From the human T2T-CHM13v2.0 reference genome, Homo sapiens: a stretch of 64,000 nt of DNA. The notes under the pieces were generated by a model. The model was not told the DNA's origin, did not search any database, and saw nothing but the letters and a program-made list of their open reading frames with translations. The position numbers and the translations under genes are program-made. Positions 61,611-64,000 of the stretch are shown here, one piece after another. The DNA lies in assembly GCF_009914755.1 (NCBI RefSeq), contig NC_060946.1; one strand, 5' to 3'. Every line of letters begins with the position of its first letter. Position 1 is the stretch's first letter.

Positions 61611-63160
61611 GTACCAGCGGGATGGGCATGGGGAGGGGGCGGGAAGCAGCCAGGCTGCCGCAGAGGACTTGCAGTGCGCAGGCGACTCCGCGGGGCCCCC
61701 ACCTCCACCGAGCGCTCAGGGCTTTTGCCAGGGGGGTCTCCCCGTCTCCCCATCAGCGCCTCCAGCCTGCCCCCTGCAGGCCACCCTCAGCACTGCAGCC
61801 CGACAAGCTGGGAAAAATGCCAAGTTGGGGCAGCCCCAGGACCCACCCACCAGGCCCCGCAATCTCCATCGGCCTAGTCTGGCAGGTCCCATGTGGCACT
61901 CGTCACACACCCTCCCACTCTGCACTCACTGGTCCCTCCACGGGGCGTGTCCTCAGCCCACTGCTGCCCGCTCTCTCTGTCCTACAACCCGCCCGCCAGA
62001 TGTCACCTTCTGCACTCCCCCCACCACCGCCGCCCTGCTCCTCTTCCCACCATCACAGCACTGATGGCTCCATAGCACTGGCCATACCGTCTGTCTATCC
62101 AAACAGACTGAGGCCAGATATGAGTCATTTCTGTGCTCCCAGCACTGAGTGTGGGGGGGCATCTGCACATGGCTCACAGTGGGTGTTCAATAGAACATTC
62201 TAGCATGTAAACAGCTGGACTGCCACCTGCTCCCGTGGGACTCAGGCTTCCCTCACTGACCTCGACACCCCCAAATTTTCAGCAGATCCTGGATGTGACC
62301 CCATCCCCTCTGCTCCAAATTCCTCAGGCCTAGATCCAGGGCTGCGCTTTCTCAGTGGAGGGCTCTCACCTTTAACTTCTGCTCCACCCAAGATGGACCC
62401 CTCATCTGCCGTTCCTTTCTCCTCCCCCTACCCCGGCCTATCCAGGGTGCACACAACCCGTCCTCCCACCTCCCTGTCTGCCCTCTTGACCAGAGTCGTG
62501 ACCTCTCTGGAATCAAAATTCAAAGTACAGCTGAGAGTGTCTCAAATGCACCAAGTCCTCGTTAGAGCCCTGGCTTGCAACAGACTCTGCCTTGGGGAAA
62601 AGACCAACATTTGGGGGTGGGAGAAAAGTTCTCTGCAACCTGAACTCCAGCAGAAGCTGAGAGGCCACAGTGGACGGAGGCAGGGGTGGGGTCCACAGCC
62701 CTGGGACGACAGAGGGCCTGAGCCTCCGAGTTCCGGTTCCCATGGGTGAGAGGAGTCCCTCCCCCAGAACTGTGCAGAGGTGAGAGGAGCCTGTGCCCGC
62801 CATGAGGGTCACGGGCAGTGAGGATCCTGAGGCACCATCCACCCCCCTGCCAAGGGCACTCATATGGTCACACTAACCCCAAACATCCCAGCCTCCCAGG
62901 TGTCCAGAATGGGAGGGCCCTCACCTTTCGGGGCACCTGCCCTGATCCCCTTTTACCCCAGAGAGGAGATGACCTGGCAGTGTCATATGGTAAACCAGGG
63001 AAAAACAAGACTGGCCTTGAAAGCTGGTCTCTCGATTGTACACCCAGACAGGGCGGGCGTGGCAGCAGGTTCTGAGGAGCCCTGAGCCAGCTCCAGAAGG
63101 TTCTTACTCGGGGATCCCATCACCAGTCAGGCCTCCTCTTCATCCCTCCCAGAAAGCATT

Positions 63161-63271
63161 CCCTGCCTGCCCGAGTGTGGCTCTAGTCCCTGCACACCCT
63201 GCCTGCCCGAGTGTGGCTCTAGTCCCTGCACACCCTGCCTGCCCGAGTGTGGCTCTAGTCCCTGCACACCC
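63161..63271 (+). repeat. Perfect tandem repeat, 3 x 36 bp
   Basis: ccctgcctgcccgagtgtggctctagtccctgcaca x3. Confidence 0.97.
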
Positions 63272-63834
63272 GCCACTGAAACTGCTGCGCCAAGGCCGCC
63301 ACCCCTCCCTGGTACCGAATCCAATGGGCCCTTCAGACACTGCACCCCACTGGCTGCACCCACGTCTCCAGACCTCCCCTCTTGGGGTGCCCTCCCCTCT
63401 CCTGGCTCTTCCCCCACCTCTCTGGCCAGTTGTTCATGGTCTCCTGCTGGTCCCTCCAAAGTGGGGCTAGCTCAGGGCTCGGGGCCAGCATGCAGGCACC
63501 CAGGCCCTTCCACTTGCAGAAAATCCATCCCGCGTGTGTTCAGGCTCAGAAAATGGGCCCAAGGCAAGACCAGGCTCCAAGTAATCCCTGCATGAGCCTC
63601 TGCCAGCAAACCATGGCCCCGGAGTTACAGAGCCAGGCAGGCTGCAAGTTCCAGACCTAGCTACACGGCCCTCTCATTTCTTGTTTTTGAAGGAAAACAA
63701 AAGCGTTTCCATGTCTGGCATATGGAGTTGATTAAACATTTTACGAACAGCAAAAGCTTGTGAAAAACAGAGAAGGAAGCATGCAAAATGTATTTTATTA
63801 GCTCCTCCCACACTGCGATTTAGTGGATGAAATA

Positions 63835-63990
63835 CGTTAGGCGAATCACTTCATCTCCGAGCCCTCCGTTTCCTCATCTGTAAAAGGGGTAAGAACACCC
63901 ACCCTGTCGAGTTGTTGGGACTTCACAAGGAGGCTAAGAAGAAGAGAGCTCAGCACTGTGTCTAGATGATGGCGAGGGCTCAGTAAGTGG
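63835..63990. mobile_element. MIR fragment
   Basis: tcacttcatctccgagccctccgtttcctcatctgtaaaaggggtaag. Confidence 0.65.
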
Positions 63991-64000
63991 AAGGCACCGT

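Overview
Eukaryotic (human or near-identical great-ape) genomic DNA, recognisable as the NUP50-KIAA0930 locus (human 22q13). There is no prokaryotic content and no CRISPR array. Positions 1-15.7 kb are transposon-dense (L1, L2, MIR, Alu, MLT1, Tigger3a) and end in a nested MER41/LTR15/LTR7/Alu stack. A CpG-island bidirectional promoter (~15.9-17.35 kb) drives NUP50 on + and probably the divergent lncRNA NUP50-DT on -. I reconstructed the whole NUP50 CDS from 7 coding exons: 69+84+187+663+82+119+203 = 1407 nt, 468 aa, all GT-AG and phase-consistent, followed by a ~3.3 kb 3'UTR. Converging on - are the last 8 coding exons of KIAA0930 (999 nt, 332 aa plus stop; the 5' exons lie beyond the window) and intronic MIR1249. 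The best candidate for an undescribed system is the NUP50 leader. It has an ATF4-like layout: a short uORF plus a 75-codon out-of-frame ORF overlapping the main AUG. That second ORF is in frame with NUP50 if exon 2 is skipped, and it ends 46 nt before Met29, the short-isoform start. This suggests a translational or splicing switch between NUP50 isoforms. It is inference, and I cannot verify novelty without database searches. Repeat subfamily names are from memory of consensus sequences, and most repeat boundaries are approximate.
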